Below are positions 1-10,676 of a stretch of DNA of 64,000 nt, piece after piece. The DNA is from an uncultured delta proteobacterium (GTDB lineage: Bacteria; Desulfobacterota; Syntrophia; Syntrophales; UBA2185). The stretch spans positions 1 through 64,000 of the forward strand of contig CAVOID010000011.1 in assembly GCA_963695875.1 (NCBI GenBank), given 5' to 3'. The translations under genes were made by a program, and so were the position numbers. Under the pieces are notes generated by a model that was not told the DNA's origin, searched no databases, and saw only the letters and a program-made list of their open reading frames with translations. Positions within the stretch are counted from its first letter, which is position 1, and each line of letters opens with the position of its first letter.

Positions 1-866
1 AACTGTCTCTTCCGCATTTCTTTCCTCAATCTCTACTGACGATAAAGAAGGACAGCCTGCGGATGGTGTTCCCAGAGCGTAATAGGGCACACCGTGAAAG
101 TGAGCAGCCAGGGCTATCTGGAATGTGCCGATCTTATTGACAACATAGCCATCCAGCGTGATCACGTCGGCGGCCGAAATGAACACTTGTGCCATTCCTT
201 TTGACAGAATGTATGCCGGCATATTGTCAGTAATTACGGTTACGGGCACACCCATGTCACAGGCGACGCTGGCAGTTAGTCGCGCGCCCTGGAGATAAGG
301 TCTGGTCTCCGGGCAGATCAAGTATACCCTCTTGCCTCTTTCCTGAGAATGAACAGTATAAAACCGATCAGGGTTTCCGCGTAACACTGGGTGAGTATGG
401 TTACGTTGTCCGGCAGCAAGTCGACGGTGTACATTGCCATCTGACGCGAATTCCGGTAGCGGTCTTCCAGGTTCTTCTGCACGAAGGGATTGTGACAGCT
501 TCTGCATCCTCCCCTCGGTCTATGGCATCCTTGGCTACTTTGAGAATTCGTCGAATATGGGCTCTCATGTTTGCGGACGTGGTGGGACGGGCGTGAATTA
601 GCACTTCTGGCCGTGTTCTCAAGTTCTTCCTTTGCCTTTTCTGCAGAAAGACTACGTACCCCTTTTGCTGCACTTACCATTCCCAGGGCGGCCGCTAGCC
701 AGGGCCCTCCACTCTGTGTTACCATATCTGCAATCGCCTTTGCGACCTCGCGGTAGTCGGTGCACCGTACGACTTCTTCTTTCAGCGGATAGGCTCTCCT
801 GTCCAATATCCACACTTCACCATCTCTGTAGTCAGCCACATTTTCATACCTTAGCAGAAATGGCAT
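1..866 (-). CDS. mtnA: S-methyl-5-thioribose-1-phosphate isomerase / eIF-2B-like family protein (frameshifted; runs off left edge)
   Basis: ILDRRAYP...AIADMVTQSGGP N-terminus, HARPT in the adjacent frame, then ETRPYLQGARLTA and NKIGTFQIALAA on the minus strand at about 100-310; at least 3 frame breaks. Confidence 0.7.
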
Positions 867-982
867 TCATCAGCCCTTGCCATGACGGCCCCATATATTG
901 GAGACAGTGCTGACATTATGAGCGAGTTGTGACCTGTGTGTCAAACGAAAAAACTCAATCATAGATAAGTACGCGAGGGGTT

Positions 983-1022
983 ACAATTTTGTTCATCATA
1001 TGTTGTTTTGATACATAATTGT
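983..1022 (+). promoter_or_regulatory. two candidate enhancer-binding-protein sites (ACA-N4-TGT)
   Basis: ACAATTTTGT at 983-992 and ACATAATTGT at 1013-1022, 30 bp apart, upstream of a sigma54 promoter. Confidence 0.45.
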
Positions 1023-1089
1023 TACATTATTTTATTTAACCTGATGCTTATATCAATTAATAATCATAAGAATCAATTAGTTATATGCA

Positions 1090-1105
1090 TGGCACCAGAA
1101 TTGCT
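1090..1105 (+). promoter_or_regulatory. sigma54 (-24/-12) promoter of amtB-PII-glnA
   Basis: TGGCAC-CAGAA-TTGCT fits the TGGCAC-N5-TTGC consensus exactly, about 50 bp upstream of the amtB start. Confidence 0.85.
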
Positions 1106-1154
1106 TTTATAGCAACATTGATAAAGTTATTTCAAGAATCAGGAGGTATGTATT

Positions 1155-2386
1155 ATGAATACAGGAGATACAGCATGGGTACTGGTACATCTGTCAGCGC
1201 TGGTTCTTCTCATGACAATACCGGGATTGGCCTTTTTTTACGGCGGCCTCGTGCGGAGGAAAAATGTTCTTTCCGTTTTGATGCAATGTTTCATCATCGT
1301 GTGCGTTATCAGTCTGCAATGGATTTTATATGGCTATTCGTTGACCTTTGGTCCCGATACAGGGCATCATCGGAAGCTTGACTGGGTTGGTCTGAGGGGC
1401 GTAGGGGGACAGCCGAATGCCGATTATGCCGCCACAATTCCCCATTCGGCTTTCATGATCTTTCAATGCATGTTTGCCGTCATCACTCCGGCGTTGATAT
1501 CGGCGCATTTGCGGAGCGGATGAAATTCTCCGCCTTTCTCATTTTTACGATTCTCTGGGCGACACTTGTCTATGATCCTTTGGGACACTGGGTATGGGGG
1601 ACAGGCGGCTGGCTGAGACCATCGGCGCCCTCGATTTTGCGGGCGGCATTGTCGTGCATACCAGTTCCGGCGTATCCGCCCTGGTATTGGCCCTGCTTAT
1701 CGGTAAAAGGGTCGGTTGGAATGGAGCGACCTTACCGACCGCATAACCTGCCCTTTACCGTTCTGGGAGCCGCTCTGCTCTGGTTTGGCTGGTTCGGATT
1801 CAACGCGGGCAGCGCCCTGGCAGCAAATGAACTGGCGGCTAATGCCTTTGTTACGACCAATACCGCAACGGCGGCGGCCGGGCTGACCTGGGCACTGATT
1901 GAGTGGCAGCAGCATGGCGCTCCGACCGTCCTGGGTGCAGCAACGGGCGCCGTCGCGGGGCTGGTCGCGATCACACCTGCCTGCGGGTTTGTCAATCCCA
2001 TGAATGCCATATTCATCGGAATTCTCGTCAGTGTATTCTGCTATATCGCCATTGCCAAGATAAAGGCGGCATTCGGATATGACGATGCCCTTGATGTCTT
2101 CGGCATCCATGGCGTCGGCGGGATCTGGGGAACGATTGCAACGGGTCTTTTTGCAGAAAAGGCAGTCAATGAAGCCGGCGCGAACGGTCTATTCTTCGGC
2201 GATGCCCATCAGTTTCTGGTGCAGGTGCTCCTTATGGTGGTAGCGCCCGTCTTCGCAGCCGTGATGACCTGGATCATCTACAAATTTGTCGATGCTCTGG
2301 TCGGCATGAGGGTTGAGAAAAAGGATGAGATCATCGGCCTTGATCTGACCCAGCAGAGTGAAGCGGCTTACACCGTTGTCGAATAA
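1155..2386 (+). CDS. amtB: ammonium transporter AmtB (frameshifted)
   Basis: GDTAW..., [68 protein letters not shown]; split over ORFs 1155-1523 and 1466-2386. Confidence 0.93.
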
Positions 2387-2399
2387 GGAGGTAACGAAG

Positions 2400-2742
2400 A
2401 TGAAATATATCGTTGCGATTATCCAGCCGCACAAGCTGGACGAGGTGATGAAGACGCTGGAGGATGTGGAGGTAAATTTAGTGACCGTATCCAACGTCCT
2501 CGGGCGTGGCAGGCAGAAGGGGCTTACGGAAGTATACCGGGGGGCCAAGGAAGTGGGGAGCCTTTTGAAGAAGATCAAGCTGGAGATCGCCGTGAACGAG
2601 GATTTTGTGGAGCCGACGATACAGGCCATCATCAAGGGAGCCCGGACGGGCGAGATCGGAGACGGAAAGATCTTCGTTTTGGATCTTTACTGAAGTCATC
2701 CGCATCCGCACCGGCGAGCGCGGCGGCAAGGCCATAGGATAA
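2400..2742 (+). CDS. P-II nitrogen regulator (GlnB/GlnK family); C-terminal frameshift
   Basis: GRGRQKG-TEVYRG T-loop with the conserved Tyr, [24 protein letters not shown] continues in another frame after 2690. Confidence 0.9.
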
Positions 2743-2752
2743 AGGGAGGGGT

Positions 2753-4177
2753 GTGAGTAATATGAACCTGAAAGAGCTAATCAAATATTCCAAGGATAAG
2801 CATCTGGAATTCATCGATCTTAAATTCACGGATATCCCGGGTTTGTGGCAGCATATCACGATACCGATCAATCAGCTGGACGAGGACCTGGTCATCCACG
2901 GCATCGGGTTCGACGGTTCCAGCATCCGGGGATTCCAGCCCATCAACGAGAGCGACATGCTGATCAAGCCTGACCCGGAGACGGCATTCATCGATCCGTT
3001 TGCTGCGGACCCCACACTGAGCATGATCTGTAACGTCAAGGATCCCCTGACCCAGATACCGTATTCACGCGACCCGCGGAATGTGGGTCAGAAGGCGGAG
3101 CGATACCTTTCCGTCTGTGGGATAGCGGATCAGGTTTTTTTCGGTCCGGAGCCCGAGTTCTATATTTTTGATGATGTCCGTTTTGAACAGACATACAACA
3201 CGGGATTTTACCGGGTCGATTCCAAGGAGGGATTCTGGAATACGGCAAGAGACGAAGGGCCGAACCTGGGATACAAACCCCGGTACAAGGAGGGCTACTT
3301 TCCGGTGCCGCCCACGGACAGCCTGCAGAACTTAAGGGCGAAGATGTGCAAGGTGATGACGGAGGTCGGCATCCCGGTCATCCTCCACCACCATGAAGTG
3401 GCGACGGCAGGTCAGTGCGAGATCGGGGTCAGGATCAATACCCTTGTGGACACGGGGGACATGCTTATGAAGTACAAGTATGTGGTGAAGAACGTCGCTT
3501 TAGCCCACGGGAAGACGGTTACCTTCATGCCGAAGCCGCTCTTCATGGACAACGGTTCCGGGATGCACGTTCATCAGAGCCTCTGGAAGAGCGGGAGGAA
3601 CCTCTTTTACGATACCGGCGGCTACGGGGGGATCAGCAAGCTCTGCAGACATTATATCGGGGGCCTCCTGCACCACGCGCCGTCGCTTCTGGCCTTTACG
3701 TCTCCCACGACAAACTCCTACCGGAGACTCGTTCCCGGCTACGAGGCGCCGATCAATCTTGTGTACTCACAGCGGAACCGGAGCGCCTGCGTCCGGATTC
3801 CCATGTATTCACCGAGCGAGAAGGCCAAGAGGATCGAGTTCCGATGTCCTGACTGTTCCTGTAACCCCTACCTGGCGCTTTCGGCGATGCTCATGGCGGG
3901 CCTGGACGGGATCGAGAATGAGATCGAGCCGCCTCCACCGATCGATGAGGACATCTATGAACTTTCCCATGAGGAGAAGAGCCACATCAAGGCGACGCCG
4001 GGGTCACTTTCCGAGGTTCTGGACGCCCTGGAGAGGGAACACAAGTACCTGCTGAAAGGTGACGTCTTCACCGAAGACCTGATCCAGATGTGGATAGAAT
4101 ACAAACGGAAAAGAGAGGACGACATGATCAGACTGCGTCCCCATCCTTATGAGTTTGCGCTGTACTATGACATTTAA
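2753..4177 (+). CDS. glnA: glutamine synthetase type I
   Basis: [61 protein letters not shown] adenylylation-site Tyr. Confidence 0.97.
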   Translation: MSNMNLKELIKYSKDKHLEFIDLKFTDIPGLWQHITIPINQLDEDLVIHGIGFDGSSIRGFQPINESDMLIKPDPETAFIDPFAADPTLSMICNVKDPLTQIPYSRDPRNVGQKAERYLSVCGIADQVFFGPEPEFYIFDDVRFEQTYNTGFYRVDSKEGFWNTARDEGPNLGYKPRYKEGYFPVPPTDSLQNLRAKMCKVMTEVGIPVILHHHEVATAGQCEIGVRINTLVDTGDMLMKYKYVVKNVALAHGKTVTFMPKPLFMDNGSGMHVHQSLWKSGRNLFYDTGGYGGISKLCRHYIGGLLHHAPSLLAFTSPTTNSYRRLVPGYEAPINLVYSQRNRSACVRIPMYSPSEKAKRIEFRCPDCSCNPYLALSAMLMAGLDGIENEIEPPPPIDEDIYELSHEEKSHIKATPGSLSEVLDALEREHKYLLKGDVFTEDLIQMWIEYKRKREDDMIRLRPHPYEFALYYDI

Positions 4178-4185
4178 ATAAAAAG

Positions 4186-4255
4186 AAGGATTCGAGGGGT
4201 TCGAGGGTTCAAGGATTCGAGTCCCGAAATTTCCTTGACCCCTGGAACCCTCCTT
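4186..4255. repeat. imperfect palindromic element made of ~8-9 bp GG(A/G)TTC(G/A)A units
   Basis: GAGGGGTTCGAGGGTTCAAGGA (4194-4215) pairs with TCCTTGACCCCTGGAACCCTC (4232-4252). Confidence 0.6.
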
Positions 4256-4325
4256 GCAACTAAACGCTAGAGCCACAAAGAATAACAGTTTTAAACCAGG
4301 TATTATAAATCAGGAGGTTATGGAC

Positions 4326-5599
4326 ATGGATATCGGAATGGTAGGTATTTTTATCGCTGCGTTGGTCATCATGGCAATTATTATTTACATCAAGGCCAAC
4401 ATGAAGATCTGCGAGCCCAACGAGGTGATGATCTTTTCCGGGCGGCAGTTCAAGGACAAGGACAAGGAAGTGGTGGTACCGTGTGATCAAGGGAGGAAGA
4501 GGGTTAAAGATTCCCCTGATTGAGACGGTAAGGACCATATCGTTGAATACGATGCCCATCGAGATGGATGTAACAGGCGCCCTCACGAGAGGGACGATTC
4601 CCGTAAATGTGAAGGCCATGGCGAATGTCAAGATCGCCGGCACGATGGAAGACGGTCTGGGGAATGCCATCGAGAGATTCCTCGGGAAGAGCGCTACGGC
4701 CATTGCCACGACGGCCCGGGAGATCCTGGAAGGCACATTGCGCGGCATACTGGCGACGATGCAGCCGGAAGAAGCCAATGCCAACCGGATAGCACTGGCC
4801 CAGCAGGTGGCCAAAGAGGCGCGGGAGGATATGCAGAGGCTGGGGCTTGTCCTGGATACGTTCAAGATCCAGGAGATCAAGGATGACAAGGGTTATCTGG
4901 AGGCGATCGCCACGGAAGAAAAACGCCGAGGTTCATCGTGATGCCAGGATCGTTGAGGCGGAATCCAATGCCGAGGCGAGCAAGAAGGAAGCGGAGGGGA
5001 AGAAGGTTGCGGAGATTGCGGACATTGAGGCCAGGCAGTCGATCGTGCAGTCGGACATGAACTTCCGGGTGCAGCAGGCGACGTGGAAGGCGGAGGCGAA
5101 CCGCGCCGAGGAGAAGGCCAAGATGGCCGGTGAAATCTCCCGTATGGAGGAAACGAAGACCCTTGAGGGAAAACGGGTCGAGACCAACAAGCTGAAGTAC
5201 CAGGCCGAGGTCGTCATCCCCGCGGAAGCGGAGAAGGAAGCCCAGCAGATGAAGGCCATCGGAGAAGCCGCCTTTACCTTTGAAGAGGGCAAGGCCAAGG
5301 CGGATGCCCTGAAGCTGCTCCGCGAACAGTGGGAACATCCGAACAGCAAGGACCTGTTCATGATCCAGCTCCTGCCGGAACTGGTAGGACATGTGTCCAA
5401 GGTCATCGCATCCAATCTCAATGTGGAAAGACTGACCGTGGTCGACGGCGGCAGCGGGAGCGGCAGTGGCGGAGGTCTCCCGCACCTCGTGGGAAACCTG
5501 GCCGGGTCGGTGAACTCCTTCTTTGAGCAGATGAAGACGCTGACAGGCCTGGATCTGGCGAAGATGATGGAAGAGCGCTACAAGGTGTCAGCTAAATAA
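4326..5599 (+). CDS. flotillin/SPFH family protein (two frameshifts)
   Basis: N-terminal TM, ICEPNEVMIFSG, AIERFLGK, LEGTLRGILATM, EA-rich flotillin coiled coil, NVERLTVVD; spread across three overlapping ORFs. Confidence 0.85.
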
Positions 5600-5629
5600 T
5601 AAATAGCGTAACAGCAAACCACACAATAT

Positions 5630-5685
5630 CTCCCCCTCATACAAACTTCCCTCCCCTTGCGGGAGGGGATTATTGGGAGGGGGTT
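5630..5685. repeat. REP-like palindrome (CCCTCCC-cttgc-GGGAGGG)
   Basis: nested hairpin CCCCCTC...CCCTCCCCTTGCGGGAGGGG...GAGGGGG between convergent genes. Confidence 0.55.
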
Positions 5686-5704
5686 TCAGGAGCTGTATAG
5701 CAAG

Positions 5705-5790
5705 GTCATTGATTAGGAAGCGAAACGACCGAGGCAATCTCTTTCATCATGTATATAGAGATTAGCACACCCCCTTCGGTCGTTTCCATT
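5705..5790. repeat. degenerate GTCATT...GCAATCTC/GAGATT-type palindromic element
   Basis: GAAACGACCGAGG (5722-5734) pairs with CTTCGGTCGTTTC (5774-5786); AATCTCT/AGAGATT inner stem. Confidence 0.5.
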
Positions 5791-5834
5791 AAAAAAATAA
5801 TTGATGCAGACTCGGAGCGAAGGAGTTTATTACA

Positions 5835-7258
5835 TTAACGGCTATCCGTTACCATGATCTTCGGCTCCATCATATCCAGGATGGCATATTTAATGCCTTC
5901 CCTTCCCAGACCGGAATCTTTTATTCCCCCGTACGGCATGTGATCCACACGGAATGTGGGGACATCATTAATAATGACACCCCCAACTTCCAGGTTATTG
6001 AATGCATAGTTTATTTCATTCATATCATGGGTAAAGACTCCCGCCTGCAGGCCAAAGTTCGTATCGTTCACCATATGGACTGCGTCTTGGAAGGTTGTAT
6101 AGACTTCTATGGTGACGACAGGTCCGAAGACTTCCAGGCAATTGACCTTCATCGATTTTTTTGTGTTTGTCAGAACAGTGGGCTCAAAGAATGCGCCCTG
6201 TCTTTTCCCTCCACAGTGCAGCTTCGCGCCTCTTTCTACTGCCTCACTTACCCAATCTTCAACCCGCTTTGCATTGGGTTCATCAATCATAACGCAGAAC
6301 TGTGTTTCGGGATGAAGGGCGTCGCCACATTTTAATTTGTGTGTGTTTTCCACGAATTTCTTCAGGAATTCATCAAAGACAGACTTTCTCCACAAAGATC
6401 CGCTGGGCGTGAATGCAGACCTGTCCCGAATAGGCAAAACCACCAAAAATGCACCTTTTCACGGCAAAGTCAATGTCGGCGCTTCCGGTTACAATGACGC
6501 CGGCATTCCCGCCGAGTTCGAGCACCACCTTTTTCTTGCCCGCCTCTTTCTTCATCCGCCATCCCACATCCGGCGAACCGGTAAAGGTGAGGAGTTTGAA
6601 CCTCTCATCTGTAACAAGCTTCATTCCCGTTTGCCGATCCATCGGAATGACCGACAGCGCCCCCTTGGGCAATGAAGTCTCATCGATAATTTTTGCGAGC
6701 TCCAGTGTCGACAGTGGTGTTGCGGATGCCGGTTTCACTATTATGGGACAACCTGCCGCTATTGCCGGGGCGATCTTATGCGCGGCGAGGTTCATCGGAA
6801 AATTAAACGGGGAGATGCCTGCCACCAGACCAATGGGAAAATATTTTACGATGCCTTCCTTGTCCTTGCCGGCCGGGGGTCCAGTCGAGACCTATATATT
6901 CCCTGGGGAGCCTTTTTGCCTCTTCTGCAGCGATGAGAAAGGTCTGGCTTGAACGGTCGATTTCGCCTCCCGCATATATCAAAGGTTTCCCTGACTCCTG
7001 TGCCAGCACCTTTGACAAATGGTCTTTCCTTTGGCTTAGAGTATTCGCGATGTACCGGAGAATCTCAAATCGTTGGAAAGAACTCAGCCCTTTCATTACA
7101 TTTTCGACTGACTGGGCTTTCAAAATGGCAGTTTCCAGTTCAGTTTCTCCACCTAAATATGTTTCCGCAAAGGTCTCATTGTTATATGGGTTGGTAACTT
7201 TTAAGATTTTATTGGTTTTTTGAAAAGAACCGCCAATATAAATGTCATAACTGTCCAT
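5835..7258 (-). CDS. NAD(P)-dependent aldehyde dehydrogenase (frameshifted)
   Basis: PFNFP, KPAS, FTGS, LELGGN, SGQVC catalytic Cys, EVFGP, PYGGIKDSGLGREG across three ORFs. Confidence 0.9.
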
Positions 7259-7523
7259 GGCAACCCTCCTTTCCAATGGTAAATACTTGTTATGGTCATA
7301 CAGGAAATGACGTAAAATACATCTCCTGTCAAGGAAAAGCATATCGCATCGTTCTGTTTCTCTCTGATGGACGAAAAGGGGGAGTTGGTCGGTTCGTATG
7401 ATTTTATATCTGGGTTGCAACAACCGGCTATCCGATTGCATCTATTAAGAAGATAAAACAGGTTGATCTGAAAAGCTGATATATTCCTGAGACCTCATGC
7501 CTTTTGGGGAGGTCAGAACACTA

Positions 7524-7552
7524 TTGACATAAATACTCATTTCTCATAATAT
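7524..7552 (+). promoter_or_regulatory. sigma70-type promoter of the OFOR-Hdr operon
   Basis: TTGACA-N17-TAATAT upstream of 7606. Confidence 0.55.
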
Positions 7553-7605
7553 AATTCTTTTCCTAAATTATCTTAAAGTAATGAACTGAGAAAGAGGTAT
7601 TCCGC

Positions 7606-7908
7606 ATGAAATACTGGAGAAAACCCCTTGATCTGGAGAATATAAAAGCGAGCAGGGGGAAGGTGATTATTATTGAGGACCGATGCAAAGGTTGCGGCTT
7701 CTGCGTTGAATACTGTCCGCGGGATGTTCTTTGCATGTCACCGGCATTCAACGTAAAAGGTTATCATACACCTGCGGTGATCGATGAGTCAAAATGCGTC
7801 AATTGTCATTTCTGTGAAGCCCTGTGCCCGGAATTTGCAATATACTCCATAGAGACAGATGAGATGACAGAGGATAAACCCGGTCGGGCTCGAGAAAAGG
7901 ATAAGTGA
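7606..7908 (+). CDS. 2-oxoacid:ferredoxin oxidoreductase delta subunit (2x[4Fe-4S])
   Basis: CKGCGFCVEYCP and CVNCHFCEALCPEFAI; first gene of the OFOR cluster. Confidence 0.88.
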   Translation: MKYWRKPLDLENIKASRGKVIIIEDRCKGCGFCVEYCPRDVLCMSPAFNVKGYHTPAVIDESKCVNCHFCEALCPEFAIYSIETDEMTEDKPGRAREKDK

Positions 7909-7972
7909 GGCAGGCATAGGGGGCTTATTGTTATGTTACTGATGGAATTGTCTATTTTGCGAGGAGGGCTGC

Positions 7973-9193
7973 GTGGCTGCTAATGCCGTACTGACAGGAA
8001 CGTATTTTATGAATGGCGACTATGCCTGCTGTGAGGGTGCTCTTGCTGCTGGTTGCCGATTTTTCGCAGGATATCCGATCACCCCCGCAACAGAGATTGC
8101 AGAACGCATGTCACGCAGGCTCCCTGAACTCGGCGGTATATACATCCAGATGGAAGATGAGCTTGGATCCATGGCGGCAGTTCTGGGGGCAAGCTGGGGA
8201 GGCGTAAAGTCCATGACCAGCACATCTGGTCCGGGCTTTTCCCTGATGATGGAGAATATAGGGCTGGGCATCTGTACAGAAACACCCTGTGTCGTCTGTA
8301 ATGTACAGAGGGCCGGACCGAGCACGGGCCTCCCGACTTTGGTCGGCCAGGGAGATATGATGCAGGCACGCTGGGGGTCGCATGGCCATTATGAGATCAT
8401 CGCGCTTGCTCCTTCGAGCCCGCAGGAGATGTTTGACTTTACAATCCGTGCTTTTAACCTGAGCGAGAAGTACCGTATACCTGTAATTATCATGGCTGAT
8501 GAAGTAGTCGGCCATATGACTGAGCGGGTAATGATTCCACCGGAGAAGGAAATCATGCTTGTCGAGCGGCGCAAACCCAAGGTGCCTCCAGGCGACTACC
8601 TGCCCTATCGTCCGGATCGGGATTGGGTTGCCCCTATGGCAAACTGCGGGGATGGTTACCGGATCCACGTCACAGGCCTGACGCATGATGAGCGCGGCTA
8701 TCCGGGAATGGACGAGGAGACACAGGCACAAATGGTCAATCGCCTGATTCAGAAAATCGTAAGCAACACGGATGACATTATCAGGACGGAAAACATTTAC
8801 ATGGATGATGCTGAGGTCGTGGTTGTAGCTTACGGGATAAGTGCACGTTCGGCCAAGCAAGCCGTTCGAGAGGCCCGGGCCGGCGGCTTGCGTGCAGGTC
8901 TCATCAAACTGGAAACGGTCTGGCCGTTTCCTGAAAAGCTGATCCGGGATGTAGCGGCTCGTGTGCGCGCCCTCATTATGCCTGAGATCAATGCCGGCCA
9001 GATGGTCCTTGAATTGCAGCGGTGTGCCGGGGGTGCATGTCCCGTGCAATTGGTATCCCACTTCGGCGGTTCCATCATCCATCCCAGGACCATCCTTGAC
9101 GCCATTGAAAATGCAGTCTCAGGAGGTTATGTGAAAAATAAAAAAGCGCCGGCAAGACGGGCGTCCCGCCGTTCTGATAGGAGAAAACGATGA
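7973..9193 (+). CDS. 2-oxoacid:ferredoxin oxidoreductase alpha subunit (KorA/OorA-like)
   Basis: FAGYPITPATE, QMEDE, TSGPGFSLM, QRAGPSTGLPT. Confidence 0.92.
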   Translation: MAANAVLTGTYFMNGDYACCEGALAAGCRFFAGYPITPATEIAERMSRRLPELGGIYIQMEDELGSMAAVLGASWGGVKSMTSTSGPGFSLMMENIGLGICTETPCVVCNVQRAGPSTGLPTLVGQGDMMQARWGSHGHYEIIALAPSSPQEMFDFTIRAFNLSEKYRIPVIIMADEVVGHMTERVMIPPEKEIMLVERRKPKVPPGDYLPYRPDRDWVAPMANCGDGYRIHVTGLTHDERGYPGMDEETQAQMVNRLIQKIVSNTDDIIRTENIYMDDAEVVVVAYGISARSAKQAVREARAGGLRAGLIKLETVWPFPEKLIRDVAARVRALIMPEINAGQMVLELQRCAGGACPVQLVSHFGGSIIHPRTILDAIENAVSGGYVKNKKAPARRASRRSDRRKR

Positions 9194-10086
9194 CAAACAA
9201 AAAGGCAAAAAAGACCCTGCCGCCGCATCCCATGGAATCATTGCTTCGGAGCGAGCGGCTCCCGCATATATGGTGTGCGGGCTGCGGGATTGGAACCGTA
9301 TTGAGTTCCGTGATAGCAGCCGTTCAGAAATCCGGCTATGATCCGGATAAGACTGCCGTCGTTTCCGGCATCGGCTGTACGGCGCGAATGGCCGGGTACA
9401 TCCGTTTGGATTCCTTTCATACCACCCATGGCCGTGCCATTGCGTTCGCCACAGGCTTGAAGCTGGCCAGACCGGAAATAAAGGTGCTGGTCATCTCGGG
9501 TGACGGCGACCTGCTGGCTATCGGCGGCAACCATTTCATCCACGCGGCCCGGCGTAACATCGACATCACCGTCATCTGCGTGAACAATCTGAACTATGGA
9601 ATGACAGGCGGCCAGTTGGCCCCGAGTACGCCTTTCGGGGCGAAGACCGCCAGCAGCGTCTCCGGCTGCCCAGAAGAACCTTTTAACTTCTGTTACCTCG
9701 CCTCTGCTTGCGGTTCCGTATATGTGGCAAGATGGACGACTTTACATACCCGCAGAATCACGAACTCCATCACCGAAGCAATGCAAAAAAGAGGGTTCAC
9801 CTTCGTCGAGATACTGACCCCTTGTCCCACATCATTCGGACGCCGCAACAAAATGGGAACAGCCTTGGAGACTTTAAAGTTTTATCATGAGCGCTCCGTC
9901 ATTCTTAATGATATCGATCCGAAAGACGCACCAGTGGATTTCGGCAGTAAAATAGTGGTGGGAAAATTTGTGGACACGGAAAGGCCGACATTCATGGACA
10001 ACTATCAGTTCGTGTGTAAAAGTGAGATTGGGGACTGGCCGGATTTTGATGGAACGGCTATGCCGGAAAGTCAGGCTACACGGTAA
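9190..10086 (+). CDS. 2-oxoacid:ferredoxin oxidoreductase beta subunit (TPP-binding)
   Basis: WCAGCG, SGIGC, HGRA, GDGD...NN TPP motif, YGMTGGQ; ATGA overlap with the alpha gene. Confidence 0.92.
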   Translation: MTNKKAKKTLPPHPMESLLRSERLPHIWCAGCGIGTVLSSVIAAVQKSGYDPDKTAVVSGIGCTARMAGYIRLDSFHTTHGRAIAFATGLKLARPEIKVLVISGDGDLLAIGGNHFIHAARRNIDITVICVNNLNYGMTGGQLAPSTPFGAKTASSVSGCPEEPFNFCYLASACGSVYVARWTTLHTRRITNSITEAMQKRGFTFVEILTPCPTSFGRRNKMGTALETLKFYHERSVILNDIDPKDAPVDFGSKIVVGKFVDTERPTFMDNYQFVCKSEIGDWPDFDGTAMPESQATR

Positions 10087-10676
10087 TGGCTATGTTCTTG
10101 AAGCACGAAAAGCATGTTCTCATAACCGGTTTCGGCGGACAGGGGATCATAATGGCCGGTGACATCCTGGGAAAAGCCGCTACCCTTTATGATCGTAAGT
10201 TTGCCACTATGACGCAGGCATACGGACCCGAGGCCCGCGGCGGCGCCTGCTCAGCCCAGGTCATCATCGGCACGGAAGAAATACTTTTTCCTTACGTGAA
10301 GGAGCCGCAGGTTTTGATCTGTCTGAGCCAGGAAGGGTATTCCAAAAATATCGGTAACCTCCGCAACGGCGGTATTCTGATCGTGGACACAGACCTTGTA
10401 CACACAAATAACCCTGATCCCGGCGTTACTGCATACCAAGTACCGGCAACCCGTTTTGCCGAAGAGCTTGGCAGCAAAATGATGGCCAACATCGTGATGC
10501 TTGGCTTTCTATCAGCGGCGTATAATCTTGTGAGCATCAAGGCGATGCGTGAAGCCGTTCAGGCATCCGTCCCGGAGGCAACAAGGAAAATTAACGCACA
10601 GGCTTTCAATCGGGGCCTTGAGTATGGCGAAGCTATTCTCAAAAGCCGGGCAAAGAAGGATAAGCTCAAGGATTGA
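10086..10676 (+). CDS. 2-oxoacid:ferredoxin oxidoreductase gamma subunit
   Basis: GFGGQGII, YGPEARGG, ANIVMLG. Confidence 0.92.
   Translation: MAMFLKHEKHVLITGFGGQGIIMAGDILGKAATLYDRKFATMTQAYGPEARGGACSAQVIIGTEEILFPYVKEPQVLICLSQEGYSKNIGNLRNGGILIVDTDLVHTNNPDPGVTAYQVPATRFAEELGSKMMANIVMLGFLSAAYNLVSIKAMREAVQASVPEATRKINAQAFNRGLEYGEAILKSRAKKDKLKD

Noticed and set aside
2691..2693. TGA ending the P-II ORF as a possible read-through
   Set aside because: The conserved C-terminus continues in a different frame, so this is an indel.
8111..9082. Long antisense ORFs (also 11120-12175, 50167-50973, 4260-4889, 60625-61233)
   Set aside because: They lie opposite well-supported genes and show no recognisable motifs.
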